This document shows positions 21,976 to 32,592 of a stretch of 64,000 nucleotides of DNA, piece after piece; position 1 is the first letter of the stretch, and every line of letters begins with the position of its first letter. The position numbers and the translations under genes were made by a program. Under the pieces are notes generated by a model, which worked only from the letters and a program-made list of their open reading frames with translations, ran no database searches and was not told the origin of the DNA. The stretch is from Alphaproteobacteria bacterium (GTDB lineage: Bacteria; Pseudomonadota; Alphaproteobacteria; UBA828): NCBI GenBank assembly GCA_963667785.2, contig CAXXMU010000006.1:896001-960000 (forward strand), given 5' to 3'.

Positions 21976-22878
21976 CTAGTTGCGGGTGTCGCGGGTGAAG
22001 AGCCCGCGGACGAGCTTGACGGAGCGCTCGTCGATCAGCCCGCGCGGCTGGATGTTCATGGCGAGCACGATCAGCGCCCCGAACAGCAGGTTTCGCCAGT
22101 CGCCCATGAAGCGCAGGCCTTCGACCAGGATCCCCTGGATGAAGATCACCGCCACGAGCGTGCCGAAGACATTGCGCAGCCCCCCCAGGATCGGATAGGC
22201 GATGGCGAAGGTCGCCAGCATGACGCCGAAGTTCAGGTGCTCGATGTGCGTCGTGTAGTGGGCGTAGATCGCGCCGCCGATGCCGGCGATGAAGCCGCCG
22301 GCGGCGAACGCGCCGACCTTCACCGCCGTCAGGTTGACGCCGACGCTCTGGGCCGCCAGCTCGTCCTCGCCGACCGCCCTGAGCACGGCGCCGGCGCGTG
22401 AGCGATCGGTCCACCAGAGCGCCAACATGACGAGGGCGACGATCACCCAGATGAAGATCGCGACATCCAGGGTGCTCCAGCCGTTCTCGGGAAAGAAGCG
22501 GATCTGCTTGAACCCTTCGCCGCCCTGCGGCCCCACGACGATGCCCTTCTTCTCGATCTGGTAGTCGAAGTTGAACCAGAAGAGGCGGATGAACTCGCCG
22601 AAGGCGATGGTCGCGACCACCAGCATCAGGCCTTTGATCCTGAGTGCGGGAAACCCGACGATGCCGGCCACGATGCCGGCGAGCGTGGCTGAGACCAGAA
22701 GCGCCGGAATGATGTGCCAGCCCGCCAGCACCGTGAGCATCGCCGAGACATAGGCGCCGATGGAGAAGAAGCCCGCCTGCGCCAACGTGACCTGGCCGGT
22801 CTGCAGGACGACGTAAGCGGACAGCCCGAGAAGCGTGTGGACGCCGATGATCTGGAGGAGCCCGAAGAAGAAGTCCAT
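21976..22878 (-). CDS. livM: ABC transporter permease (LivM-like), set 1
   Basis: Multi-TM; LRIKGLMLVVATIAFGE. Confidence 0.9.
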   Translation of the reverse strand: MDFFFGLLQIIGVHTLLGLSAYVVLQTGQVTLAQAGFFSIGAYVSAMLTVLAGWHIIPALLVSATLAGIVAGIVGFPALRIKGLMLVVATIAFGEFIRLFWFNFDYQIEKKGIVVGPQGGEGFKQIRFFPENGWSTLDVAIFIWVIVALVMLALWWTDRSRAGAVLRAVGEDELAAQSVGVNLTAVKVGAFAAGGFIAGIGGAIYAHYTTHIEHLNFGVMLATFAIAYPILGGLRNVFGTLVAVIFIQGILVEGLRFMGDWRNLLFGALIVLAMNIQPRGLIDERSVKLVRGLFTRDTRN

Positions 22879-22893
22879 CGCCTTCTCCCCCGC

Positions 22894-23775
22894 TCAGTCG
22901 CGCGCCACCGAGCGCGAGAAGATGCCGCCAGGCCGGAACACCAGGAACACGAACAGCAGCAGCATCACGTACATGTCCCGTTCGGTGACCCCTCTGAACG
23001 CCAGGAAGAAGTTCTCGAAGGCGCCGACCGCGAGGCCCGCGACGATGGCGCCGGGGATGCTGCCGAGGCCCCCGATCACGCAGACGATCAGGCCCTTGAC
23101 CGTGATCGGCACGACCAGCAGGGGCGAAAGCACGCCGACCGAGGCGCCGATCATGGCGCCGGCCAACCCCCCCAGCAGACCGGTGATGACGAAGGTGAGC
23201 GCGTTCGTGCGGTCCAGGCTGATGCCGGCGAGCTGGGCCGCGACCGGCTGTTGCGCCACCGCGCGGGTCGCGATGCCGAGGCGCGTGCGGTAGAGCATGA
23301 ACATGAGCACGACCATGGCGATCAGCGAGAGCACGAAGATGAAGATCAGATCGCCGCGCAGGCCGAAATCGCCCCACTCGATATAGATGTCCGCGAAGAG
23401 CGCCGGGTAAGGCTGGGGCATTCCGTCGGTCGCGTGAACCACGATCTCGTCGATCAGGATCAGCATGCCGACAGTCGCCATCAACGTGGCGAGCGGGCTC
23501 GCGAGCGGGATGAAGCGGAAGTTGGCGAGGTAGATCAGGAACGCGATCGCGCCGGAGCCGATCGCGGCGATGAGGAAGGTGACCAGCGCCGGCAGCGGCA
23601 CATAGGCGGCCACGGCGATGCTGACATAGGCGCCGGCGATGGAAGCCGCGCCATAGGCCAGGTTGATCTTGTGCATCACCCCGAAAATCAGGGTGAAACC
23701 GATGCCGATGAGCGCGTAGATGGAGCCGAACAGCAGGCCGTCCGTGATCGACTGAAAGAAGTCGAGCCAGTCCAC
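22894..23775 (-). CDS. livH: ABC transporter permease (LivH-like), set 1
   Basis: Multi-TM; GIGFTLIFGV, GGLGSIPGA. Confidence 0.9.
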   Translation of the reverse strand: MDWLDFFQSITDGLLFGSIYALIGIGFTLIFGVMHKINLAYGAASIAGAYVSIAVAAYVPLPALVTFLIAAIGSGAIAFLIYLANFRFIPLASPLATLMATVGMLILIDEIVVHATDGMPQPYPALFADIYIEWGDFGLRGDLIFIFVLSLIAMVVLMFMLYRTRLGIATRAVAQQPVAAQLAGISLDRTNALTFVITGLLGGLAGAMIGASVGVLSPLLVVPITVKGLIVCVIGGLGSIPGAIVAGLAVGAFENFFLAFRGVTERDMYVMLLLFVFLVFRPGGIFSRSVARD

Positions 23776-23812
23776 CCGATCATCCCCCGCTCGAGAGGCG
23801 TCGGCGAAAAGG

Positions 23813-23851
23813 AGGCGGGTGGGCGCCGGCGCGTGCGGCGCACACCCGCCC
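23813..23851 (-). terminator. Hairpin between the binding-protein and permease genes (attenuator or mRNA stabiliser)
   Basis: gcgggtg.gcgccg...cggcgc.cacccgc stem directly after the SBP stop codon. Confidence 0.45.
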
Positions 23852-23859
23852 GAAAACGC

Positions 23860-25071
23860 TTACTGCGACGGGTCGTGGAGGATGGCCCACTCGCCCGCCT
23901 GGGCATGCACGTAGAGGTAGGGCTTGACCGCCTCGCCCTCGTCCGTGCGCTGGATCTTGCCCAGCAGCCCGTCGGTTTCCTTCAGGGACGCCAGCCCGTC
24001 GCGGAGCTTGCGCCGGTCCGCGTCGACCGAATCGCCGTCGCCCGCGATTCCCTGGGCTTCCATGACATCCCTCAGGATCATCACGATCTCCCAGGCGGCG
24101 GCGCTGTGCAGGTCCGCGCTCCCCTCGTACTTCGCTGCCGCGTCGGCGGCGGCCTTGGCGGCCGGCGTGACCGGCGCGAAGCTGGTCGGGATGATGATGC
24201 CCTCGGCCTGCTCCGAGCAGCCCTGCAGGGTTTCCATGCTCGACGAGCTCGTGAGCCCGACCAGCAGCTTCGGCGTGACCCGCTGGCGCTTCATCTCCTT
24301 CAGCACGCCGCAGGTGGTGAAGGGATGCGCCGAGATGGCGACGATATCGGCCTTCGCCTTCTTCATCTGGCGCACCTGGGTGGTGAAGTTGGTGTCGTTC
24401 AGGAGCCACTTGGACTCACCGAGGACCTCGTAGCCCGCCTCGGGCGAGCGCTCCTTCATCACCTTGTGCCAGGTGAAGCGGGAATGGGCGAAGTCCTCCT
24501 CGACGCCGCCATAGACGGTCTTGAGATCCGGATGCTCCGAGCTGATCCACTGGAACAGCGCCCTGTACATCTCGCTCTCGTTGGGAACGTTGCGGAACGC
24601 CCACTGGGAAATCTTCGCCAGCCCGCCCTTGATGGCGGTATCGGTGAAGACCGGAATCTGAAGGCCGGAATCCCCGGCATCGTCGACGGTCTTCTGCAGG
24701 ATTCCGAAGAGCGGCTCGGCGACATTCGAGCAGGTCGGACCGATGGCGACCACCGCGCTGCTGCCGGCGATGCGCCGCAGCACGGAAATGCCCTCCTCCG
24801 CGTTGCAGCGATCGTCGTAGAACGTGAGCTCCATCATCGCCTTGGAGCCGTCGGCCAGCGTCACGCCGCCGCCCGCGTTCACGGCCTCGATCGCGCCGGT
24901 CAGCACCGCTTCCGTGTTGATGCCGAACGAGCGAACGACTCCGGACTTCGCGCCGAAGCCGGCGATCTGCACCGTCTTCTCCGCCGAGAACGCTTCGCTC
25001 TGTGTACCGAAGCTCGCCGCCACGGCAAGCGCGGCCACGGCGCCAAGCCTGACTAGCTTGCTATCCAACAT
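23860..25071 (-). CDS. ABC transporter substrate-binding protein (LivK/Peripla_BP_6 type)
   Basis: Signal peptide (AFSA), YDDRCNAEEG, IGPTCS, FRNVP; heads the operon. Confidence 0.9.
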   Translation of the reverse strand: MLDSKLVRLGAVAALAVAASFGTQSEAFSAEKTVQIAGFGAKSGVVRSFGINTEAVLTGAIEAVNAGGGVTLADGSKAMMELTFYDDRCNAEEGISVLRRIAGSSAVVAIGPTCSNVAEPLFGILQKTVDDAGDSGLQIPVFTDTAIKGGLAKISQWAFRNVPNESEMYRALFQWISSEHPDLKTVYGGVEEDFAHSRFTWHKVMKERSPEAGYEVLGESKWLLNDTNFTTQVRQMKKAKADIVAISAHPFTTCGVLKEMKRQRVTPKLLVGLTSSSSMETLQGCSEQAEGIIIPTSFAPVTPAAKAAADAAAKYEGSADLHSAAAWEIVMILRDVMEAQGIAGDGDSVDADRRKLRDGLASLKETDGLLGKIQRTDEGEAVKPYLYVHAQAGEWAILHDPSQ

Positions 25072-25500
25072 CTTGCTCTCCCCTTGCGTTGACATCGGAT
25101 TCTGTTCCGACCGACCCCGTGCGGTTCGGAGTTCACGATCTGGGCCGCCGCGAACGGTCGATCCGCCGCGGTCGGCACGTCGATGGCTCAATCCTATACC
25201 CGCCTCGCCGACGGAGACAGCGGATACTTGATTTGGCCCTACCACTTGGACAAGCCCTCGTCATGGGGAAGGTCCGGGTGCAGGAGATCCCAGGGCTGCG
25301 CGCGCCGCATAGATCTCCCGGCTCGGGCGGTACAGCCCGGCGCGCCGCGCAGCAGGGAGAACTCGCCCTCCATCACCATCACGGCCGGGCGTTCGCCGGC
25401 GACAGGCTCCGGCACCGCGTCCATCTCCTGTCGTCCGCAGCAACATGGTAAGGAAGATCGGGATGACAGCATCCGGCCTGAGGCCGAACCGGGAGAAACC

Positions 25501-26496
25501 ATGAGCAACAAAGCCGCCGTCATCCACGAGAAGGGCACGCCCGACGTCTTCCGCTGGCAGGACTGGCCGGTCGGCGAGCCGGGGCCGGGCGAAGCGCTGA
25601 TCCGCCACGGCGCCATCGGGGTGAACTACATCGACACCTACAACCGGCGCGGCATGCCGCATCCCTGGCCTGTGCCGCCGCTCCCCTTCGTCGTCGGCAT
25701 CGAGGGCGCAGGCACGGTCGAGGCGGTCGGCGACGGCGTGACAGAATGCGCGGTCGGCGACCGGGTCACCTATGCCAGCCCGCCCCACGGCGCCTACGCG
25801 CAACGCCGGGTGATGCCGGCCAGGCGGCTGGTCAGGCTGCCCGACGGGATCTCCGAGGAAGACGCCGCCGGCATCACGCTCAAGGGTCTCACCGCCCAGT
25901 ACCTCCTGCGCCGAACCTACCGGGTGCAGCCGGGCGATCCGGTGCTGGTCCATGCGGCGGCAGGCGGCATGGGGCTGATCCTCTGCCAGTGGGCCAAGCA
26001 CCTGGGTGCCGTCGTGATCGGCACGGTCTCCACCGACGAGAAGGCGGAACTCGCCAGGGCCCACGGCGCCGATCATGTGGCCGTCTATTCGCGCGAGGAC
26101 TTCGTGCCGCTGGTCATGGAGGTCACCGACGGCAAGGGCTGCCCGGTGGTCTACGAGAGCATCGGCAAGGACACCTTCACACGCTCGCTCGATTGCCTGC
26201 GCCCGCTCGGCATCCTGGCGAGCTACGGCCACGCCTCGGGCGCGCCGGACCCGGTCGACGTGGTGGACCTGGGCAGGCGCGGCTCGCTGTTCGTCACCCG
26301 TCCGGCGCTCATGCACTATGTCGAGGAGCGCGAGAACCTGGTCGCTGCGGCACAAGAATTGTTCGACGCGGTGTCGTCGGGGGCGGTGACGATCACCGTT
26401 CACAACCGCTATCCGCTGCGCGAGGCCGCGGAGGTGCACCGCGCCATCGAGGAACGGCGCACGACCGGCTCGACGGTGCTTCTGCCCTTCGCGTAG
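25501..26496 (+). CDS. qor: NADPH:quinone oxidoreductase (zeta-crystallin/MDR family)
   Basis: IGVNYID, GIEGAG, HAAAGGMG, GSLFVTRP. Confidence 0.9.
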   Translation: MSNKAAVIHEKGTPDVFRWQDWPVGEPGPGEALIRHGAIGVNYIDTYNRRGMPHPWPVPPLPFVVGIEGAGTVEAVGDGVTECAVGDRVTYASPPHGAYAQRRVMPARRLVRLPDGISEEDAAGITLKGLTAQYLLRRTYRVQPGDPVLVHAAAGGMGLILCQWAKHLGAVVIGTVSTDEKAELARAHGADHVAVYSREDFVPLVMEVTDGKGCPVVYESIGKDTFTRSLDCLRPLGILASYGHASGAPDPVDVVDLGRRGSLFVTRPALMHYVEERENLVAAAQELFDAVSSGAVTITVHNRYPLREAAEVHRAIEERRTTGSTVLLPFA

Positions 26497-26531
26497 CGCC
26501 CGCCCCGGCCATGCCCGCGAGGCACCAGAGC

Positions 26532-27182
26532 ATGCCTTACGAGATGCGGCTCTTCGAAGATGTCCTGTTCGGCGGTGAAGACATCCGCCTGGAAGAGCCC
26601 GCGCCGAGGGCGCTCTACGTCGCGGCCGGCAGCGTCTCGGTGGATGGAGAGGATGTCCCGCTGGACGAGGGAATCGTCCTGACGGGCGCGGCGACGGTGT
26701 GCGCCGGCGTCGATGGCGCCACGGTCTGGCGCTGGGAGGTCGGGCCCCTCACCGTCGAGGCCGGCGCAGGCGGTCATCGGACCACACTTCGCCTTGCCGG
26801 CCCGATCGATCCCGCCGCGATCGCCGACGAGCTCCTGATCCGGCTGGACAGCGTCGCCTTCCCGCCCGGGGGAGAAGCCCTTCTCCACACGCATCAGGGG
26901 CCCGGAATCAGATGCCTCCGGGAGGGGGAGATCAGGATCGATACGGAAGGCCGCTCCTCTTCCTACGCCCCCGGCGGCGCCTGGTTCGAGAGCGGGCCGG
27001 AACCCGTCTTCGCGCAGGCCTCGGCCACCGTCCCCAGCCGTTTCATTCGCACGATGGTCCTGCCACGACCGCTGCTCGGTGCGTCGTCCATTCGCTACGT
27101 CAGGGACAAAGACCGCGACAGGCCGAAGTCGCAGACCTATCGGGTGTATGGCGAGAGGCCCGTACGCCTCGATCAGGGATAG
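26532..27182 (+). CDS. Cupin-fold protein
   Basis: DSVAFPPGG...HTHQGPGIRCL..G...WFESGPEPV. Confidence 0.7.
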   Translation: MPYEMRLFEDVLFGGEDIRLEEPAPRALYVAAGSVSVDGEDVPLDEGIVLTGAATVCAGVDGATVWRWEVGPLTVEAGAGGHRTTLRLAGPIDPAAIADELLIRLDSVAFPPGGEALLHTHQGPGIRCLREGEIRIDTEGRSSSYAPGGAWFESGPEPVFAQASATVPSRFIRTMVLPRPLLGASSIRYVRDKDRDRPKSQTYRVYGERPVRLDQG

Positions 27183-27240
27183 GGGCACCGGCATCACGAT
27201 CCAGCGGCTGGCGGTGCGGGCGGGTTGAAGGAGAAGAGAG

Positions 27241-27996
27241 ATGCGCTGCAGCGGGATCGTCGCGATCGTCACCGGCGGAGCCATGGGCATCGGGCTCGCG
27301 ATCGTGCGGGCGCTCCTCGCGGAAGGGGCGCAGGTGGTCATCGCCGACAGCGCCGGCGCCGCGGAAGCCGCCGAGGCGGAGGGCGGCGCCCGGAAGGGTG
27401 TCGTCGGCGTCTCTTGCGACGTGTCGAGCCGAAGCGACACCGAGGCCATGGCGACCGCCGCGCTCGAGGCGTTCGGTCGCATCGACGTGCTGGTCAACAA
27501 CGCCGGGATCTACTCCACGCTCGAGATGACGCCCTTCGAGGACCTGGACATCGACGAGTGGCGGCGCGTTCTCGAGGTGAACGTCATCGGGCAGGCGATG
27601 GCGACCCGCGCGGTGGTCCCCGCCATGCGGCGGCAGGGCGGCGGCTCGATCGTCAACCTCTCGTCCGGAACACCCTTCAAGGGCGTCCCCTTCATGCTGC
27701 ACTACGTGGCGAGCAAGGGCGCCGTCAACGCGATGACGAGAGCGCTTGCGAAGGAACTCGGCGCCACCGACATAAGGGTCAACGGGGTGGCGCCCGGATT
27801 CACCCTGTCCGACGGCGTGCGCGCGAACCCGCATCAGATGGAGAAGCTTCAGGAAGTCTCGCGGCAGGCACGCGTCATCCAGCGCGATCAGCATCCGGAG
27901 GACATCGTGGGCGCGGTGATCTTCTTCGCCTCGCAGGACTCCGCCTTCGTCACGGGGCAAACGCTCGTCGTCGATGGCGGCGCCTACTTCCACTGA
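27241..27996 (+). CDS. Short-chain dehydrogenase/reductase
   Basis: TGGAMGIG, NNAG, YVASK. Confidence 0.95.
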   Translation: MRCSGIVAIVTGGAMGIGLAIVRALLAEGAQVVIADSAGAAEAAEAEGGARKGVVGVSCDVSSRSDTEAMATAALEAFGRIDVLVNNAGIYSTLEMTPFEDLDIDEWRRVLEVNVIGQAMATRAVVPAMRRQGGGSIVNLSSGTPFKGVPFMLHYVASKGAVNAMTRALAKELGATDIRVNGVAPGFTLSDGVRANPHQMEKLQEVSRQARVIQRDQHPEDIVGAVIFFASQDSAFVTGQTLVVDGGAYFH

Positions 27997-28028
27997 GCCG
28001 GATCGGCCGGGCTAGGATCGAGGTCGTC

Positions 28029-28922
28029 ATGATTCGCACCCACGGTCGCTATCCCTATTCCAACATCACCACCCGGCCGGTCTACGACTGGCCGAACGGG
28101 ACCCGTCTCGCGGTCTATGTCGCGGTCAACGTCGAGCAGTTCAGCTTCGGCGAGGGCAAGGGCGCGGCCATCGCGCCGCCGGACCAGGCGAACAGCCACA
28201 GCGTCTATTCGTGGCGCGACTACGGCAACCGGGTCGGCATCTGGCGCCTGCTGGAGCTGTTCGACGCCTTCGACGTCCCCATCGAGGCCCAGATGAATCT
28301 CGCCGTTTACGAACACTGCCCCGACATTCCGGCGGCGCTCAGGCAGCGCGGCCACGAGATCCTGGGCCACGGCATCACCAACTCGGACATGCAGGAGAGG
28401 CTCGACGAGGCGGACGAGGCGGCCCTGATCGCCGAGGTCACCGAGACCATCGCGCGCCACGAAGGCAGCCGGCCGGTGGGCTGGATGAGCCCCTGGCTCT
28501 CCAACAGCGCGGTCACGCCCGACCTGCTGCAGGAGGCGGGCTATCGCTACTTCATGGACTGGACCTGCGACGACCAGCCGATCTGGATGACGACGCGCGC
28601 GGGCCGCATCCTGGCGATGCCCTATCCGATCGAGTGCAACGATACTCGCGGCATCGTCTGGTACGGCCACACGGCCGCCGAGTTCGTGGACATGCTGATC
28701 GACGGCTTCGACGAGATGCTGGCCCAGAGCGAGAGCCAGCCCCTGGTGTGCCCGATCTCGCTCCATCCCTTCGTGATGGGGCGCCCCTATCGCGTGCGCC
28801 AGCTGCGCCGCTTCTTCGAGCACGTCGCAGCGGAGCGCGAGCGCATCTGGCTGACGCGCCCGCGCGACATCTGCGCCCATGTCGAAAGCCTGCCCCGGGG
28901 CACGGTGCCGGGCGATTCATGA
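28029..28922 (+). CDS. Polysaccharide deacetylase family (PuuE-like) protein
   Basis: WPNG.RLAV, WRDYGNRVG.WR, HEILGHG, DDQP, LHPF. Confidence 0.88.
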   Translation: MIRTHGRYPYSNITTRPVYDWPNGTRLAVYVAVNVEQFSFGEGKGAAIAPPDQANSHSVYSWRDYGNRVGIWRLLELFDAFDVPIEAQMNLAVYEHCPDIPAALRQRGHEILGHGITNSDMQERLDEADEAALIAEVTETIARHEGSRPVGWMSPWLSNSAVTPDLLQEAGYRYFMDWTCDDQPIWMTTRAGRILAMPYPIECNDTRGIVWYGHTAAEFVDMLIDGFDEMLAQSESQPLVCPISLHPFVMGRPYRVRQLRRFFEHVAAERERIWLTRPRDICAHVESLPRGTVPGDS

Positions 28923-28982
28923 GCCGCAGGGCGGCGCGCGACGCCACGGGACCCGCTCTCCCGCCTGGGCCGCGCCTCCCTC

Positions 28983-30392
28983 TCAGAGGCTCGGCCGGTG
29001 CTGCCGCCAGGGGCGCACGGCCTCCAGCGCGGCCCCGATGCGAAGCACCGTCAGGTCGTCGAAGCGGCGGCCGACGATCTGCAGGCCCGTGGGCAGCCCC
29101 TGCGAGGAGAACCCCGAAGGAACCGAGAGCGCAGGCAGCTTGAGCGCGTTGAACTGCATGGTCATGTCCATGCTCAGGTGGCGGCCGTCGGCATCGTCGC
29201 CCATGGAGCCGAGCTCGTCATAGTCGACGGTCGGCGCCGGGATCGCTTCGGTCGGGCACAGCAGCGCGTCGCAGCGCTCGAGGACGGGACGCAGCGCGTT
29301 CCAGGCCTCGGTGTAGACCGTCTCGGTCTTCATCAAATCGACCGCGCTCATCTCGTGGGCTTCCTCCATCGAGGCGACCACGGAGGGATGCATCCTGTCC
29401 CGCCAGCGCTCGAGATGCCGGCCGAAATGGGTGGCCTGGAACACCCCCCAATAGGCCCACCACGCCTCGTTGAACGCCCTGGTCCAGCCCAGCTCGACGG
29501 GCTCGATCTCCGCGCCGGCCTGCGCGAGGGCATCGGCTGCCGCACGCGTGTTCGCCTCGACGTCCGCGTCGACACGGTAGTAGCCGAGGTCGATGGAGAG
29601 GGCGAGGCGCAGGCCGCGAACGTCGCTCGGTGGCGGCACATCGATCGAGAGAGCGGGCGACAGGCTGTTGAGATCGCGCTCGTCCGGCCCCTGGCAGAGC
29701 TTCAGGAACAACGCCGCATCTGCCACGGTTCGCGAGAGAGGGCCGTGGCAGCACATGTAGTCGAATTGGGTCGGCAGGAACTCGAAGGGGATCCGGCCCG
29801 AGCTCGGCTTCAGCCCCACGCAGCCGCTGTGTGAGGCGGGAATCCGCACCGAGCCGCCGGCGTCCGAGCCTTCGGCGAGCGGCACGCATTCCGCAACCAC
29901 CGCGGCCGCCGAGCCGCCCGAGGACCCACCCGGCGTGTGCTCCGGGTTCCACGGGTTGCGGGTGATCCCCCAGAGGGGGCTGTCCGTGAGGCTCGAGAAG
30001 GCGAACTCGGGCGTCGTCGTCTTGCCCACCATGATGCCGCCAGCATCGCACAGGCGCTGCACCACGAGCGCGTCGTCGTCGGGCACCCAGTCCCTGTAGG
30101 CGTAGGAGCCGAACGTCGTCGTCTTGCCCTTGGTGGGCGTGAGATCCTTGATGGCGATGGGCACCCCGTGCAGGGGGCCGACATCGTCGCCTGCGGCGAT
30201 TGCCCGCTCCGCCGCCCTCGCCTGGTCAAGGGCCTCTTCCGGATAGGTGAAGCAGAAGCAGTTGAGCGTGGGGTTGACCTCCCCGATGCGCTCGAGCGCG
30301 TTCGTCACCAGCTCGACGGGCGAGAGCGAGCCGTCGCGGATGAGAGCGGCCGCCTCCGTTGCCGAGAGGTAGGAGAGTTCCCGATCGCTCAC
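28983..30392 (-). CDS. Amidase signature family enzyme
   Basis: GVPIAIKD, GGSSGGS, GSDAGGSVRIPA. Confidence 0.95.
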   Translation of the reverse strand: MSDRELSYLSATEAAALIRDGSLSPVELVTNALERIGEVNPTLNCFCFTYPEEALDQARAAERAIAAGDDVGPLHGVPIAIKDLTPTKGKTTTFGSYAYRDWVPDDDALVVQRLCDAGGIMVGKTTTPEFAFSSLTDSPLWGITRNPWNPEHTPGGSSGGSAAAVVAECVPLAEGSDAGGSVRIPASHSGCVGLKPSSGRIPFEFLPTQFDYMCCHGPLSRTVADAALFLKLCQGPDERDLNSLSPALSIDVPPPSDVRGLRLALSIDLGYYRVDADVEANTRAAADALAQAGAEIEPVELGWTRAFNEAWWAYWGVFQATHFGRHLERWRDRMHPSVVASMEEAHEMSAVDLMKTETVYTEAWNALRPVLERCDALLCPTEAIPAPTVDYDELGSMGDDADGRHLSMDMTMQFNALKLPALSVPSGFSSQGLPTGLQIVGRRFDDLTVLRIGAALEAVRPWRQHRPSL

Positions 30393-30479
30393 GGCTCATG
30401 CTCGATGGCAGGCGCTGCATCGCCGGAGGGGCGGAGGGCGGCGGTATCCAGCGTCATGTGCCCGTTCGAGACGGCCCGC

Positions 30480-30830
30480 TCAGCGCCGAGGGACGTAGCG
30501 CAGCGGATCGCAAGCCTCGACGGCCTCGCGTCGCTTGTAGAGCTCCACCAGGTTCGCCACTTCCACCAGCGACAGCGAGATCAGGTAGAGCCGGCTTGCC
30601 GGCGCGGGCATGTCGCCGTCCCGGTAGTCTTCGAGGTAACGAATCATCTCATCCAGCCGCGGCAGGGCGGCATCGTAGAAGGCGCGGATCTCGTCCATGG
30701 AGGACGCTTCCCGCTTTTCTGTGCGCGCGCGCTCCGGCTCCAGCGCCCAGTCGAGCCAAGGGGCGAGGTCCGCGAACGCCTCAGGCAGCGCGCTCTCAGC
30801 CATCGCGCAGAGCCTGTCCGCTTCGCCCAT
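30480..30830 (-). CDS. Small conserved hypothetical protein downstream of the Rieske oxygenase
   Basis: C-terminal part of the 30480..32000 ORF (LPEAFADLAPWLDWAL...SSMDEIRAFYDA); starts 5 nt after the oxygenase stop. Confidence 0.7.
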   Translation of the reverse strand: MGEADRLCAMAESALPEAFADLAPWLDWALEPERARTEKREASSMDEIRAFYDAALPRLDEMIRYLEDYRDGDMPAPASRLYLISLSLVEVANLVELYKRREAVEACDPLRYVPRR

Positions 30831-30835
30831 GAGGC

Positions 30836-32026
30836 TCACGCGTTCCGTCGGGCGCCGATGCGATCCTGCAAAACCCTGTGGAAGTGGCGGATCGCCAGCT
30901 CGTTGTCCTGCAGGATCACGTGCGACTTCGCGCCCGACGCGAGCCCCGCCTGCAGGGTCTCGTGCATGGCCGTGTCCTCTTGCAGCGTGTCCCTGTAGGT
31001 GCACTTGAAGTATTCCTGCCTGAGCCGCTCGCGCACGGACAGCGGCTCCCTGAAATAGATGCTGACCTCCCAGGTCGTGCGGTCCACCGCGAGCGGCCAG
31101 AAGTGATAGGTGAGGTAGCTCGTCGTCGAGCCGAGCTGATACAGCAGGATCACGAAGTTCGGGAAGATCACGAAGAAGTCGAACTCGCCGATCATCTGCG
31201 GGATGGTGAAGGCGCGCAGGAAGCCATCGAACTTGAAGAGCTCGGCCGCAAGCGCCGTCGGCTTCTGGCCCCGCTTGAATTCGCACGACCAGACGCTGTG
31301 ATTGTCGTAGAGCGTGAGGTCCCGGTAGCGACACTGCTTCTTGTCGTTCGTCACCAAGGCATCGCCCAGCACCCGGCGGTGCTGGAAGGGAAAGTGGTAG
31401 AGCTCGTTCTGGGCGTCGAGCCCGACCTTCCAGTTGGCCTGCTCGTCCACCAGGTAGGTCTGCATCAGCGGCATCTCGTGGAAGGGGCAGCCGTCGAGCT
31501 GCTCCGCCACCCCGCCGAGATACTCCCGCAGCGTCTCCGCAGGCTCCGGGTCGAGGTGCACGAAGACGAAGCCCTCCCAGATGTCCGACTTGATCGGCGT
31601 GAGACCATGCTCGGCCTTGTCGAGGTCGAAGAAGTTCTCCTCGTCCGGCACCCGGATGAGCGCACCCGTGTCGCTGTAGACCCAGTTGTGGAAGTGGCAG
31701 TAGACGCTGCCCGGGCACGAGCCCCGCTCGTCCAGCACCAGCGTGTTGCCGCGGTGCGAGCAGACGTTGTGGAAGCAGCGCACGACGCCGTCCGAGCCCC
31801 GCATGACGAGCACCGAGACCTTGCAGATGGCGATCTCGCGCACGAAGAAGTCGCCGGGCTCGGGCACGTCGTCCGCGCGGCCGACGTTGATCCAGGTGCG
31901 GCGGAAGATCAGGTCGCGCTCCAGCGCGTAATGCTCGTCGGAGAAGTAGGGCTCCGTGGGCACCGGCCCGGTGCCGAGCGCGGGGTACTTCTCCGCCCAC
32001 TGCTTCTCGCGCATGACGGTCTTCAT
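30836..32026 (-). CDS. Rieske non-heme iron oxygenase alpha subunit
   Basis: CSH...CHFH Rieske ligands; NWK, ELYHFPFQH, QED iron ligands. Confidence 0.93.
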   Translation of the reverse strand: MKTVMREKQWAEKYPALGTGPVPTEPYFSDEHYALERDLIFRRTWINVGRADDVPEPGDFFVREIAICKVSVLVMRGSDGVVRCFHNVCSHRGNTLVLDERGSCPGSVYCHFHNWVYSDTGALIRVPDEENFFDLDKAEHGLTPIKSDIWEGFVFVHLDPEPAETLREYLGGVAEQLDGCPFHEMPLMQTYLVDEQANWKVGLDAQNELYHFPFQHRRVLGDALVTNDKKQCRYRDLTLYDNHSVWSCEFKRGQKPTALAAELFKFDGFLRAFTIPQMIGEFDFFVIFPNFVILLYQLGSTTSYLTYHFWPLAVDRTTWEVSIYFREPLSVRERLRQEYFKCTYRDTLQEDTAMHETLQAGLASGAKSHVILQDNELAIRHFHRVLQDRIGARRNA

Positions 32027-32266
32027 GGAGCTTCCTGCGGGGTGTCTCGGCGTGAGGTGCGGCGGGGTGCCGTCGACCATGGCAGATGCAACGATAGCAC
32101 GGTCACACCTCGCACGCAGACTTGCGAGCGCTATTGGTTTCTTCTATCGTTCAAGTTCGTTGTGACCGTGGCGTATCGCTTCAAGTCTTCGGGGTCGTCT
32201 CCTCACTGGCACGGTGACACTTGAGGCAACGCCTACCGAACACACTCAGCAGAGGGATTGAGATTC

Positions 32267-32497
32267 ATGTCATCGACGGAAACCCGCCTCAGGACGCTCA
32301 TCAACGACAATCTCGACCTGGATCATGAACCGGATTTCGACGCGCGGTTCAGCGACGTCGGCGTTTCTTCGGTGGATGCGATCGCGTTCTTCAAGCTGGT
32401 CAATCAGGAATTCGACCTCGGGTTGGTAGCGGAAGAATGCACGCAGTTCGCAACCCTGCGCGACCTCGTAAGCTTCATCGACGCGCGCGCGGGCTGA
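32267..32497 (+). CDS. Stand-alone acyl carrier protein (SupB-like)
   Basis: 76 aa, acidic; DVGVSSVDA phosphopantetheine-type motif; TLRDLVSFI. Confidence 0.85.
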   Translation: MSSTETRLRTLINDNLDLDHEPDFDARFSDVGVSSVDAIAFFKLVNQEFDLGLVAEECTQFATLRDLVSFIDARAG

Positions 32498-32556
32498 ACG
32501 CCGCGCGTCAAGCGCGAGCATTCGACCGATTACCTCCAGCGTAACGTGAGCGAGAC

Positions 32557-32592
32557 CGGCCGCCTCCAGTTTCGGGGGCGGCCGTCGTTTCT
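32557..32592 (+). terminator. Probable intrinsic terminator after the ACP gene
   Basis: cggccgcctcc-agtttc-gggggcggccg followed by tcgtttct. Confidence 0.55.
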
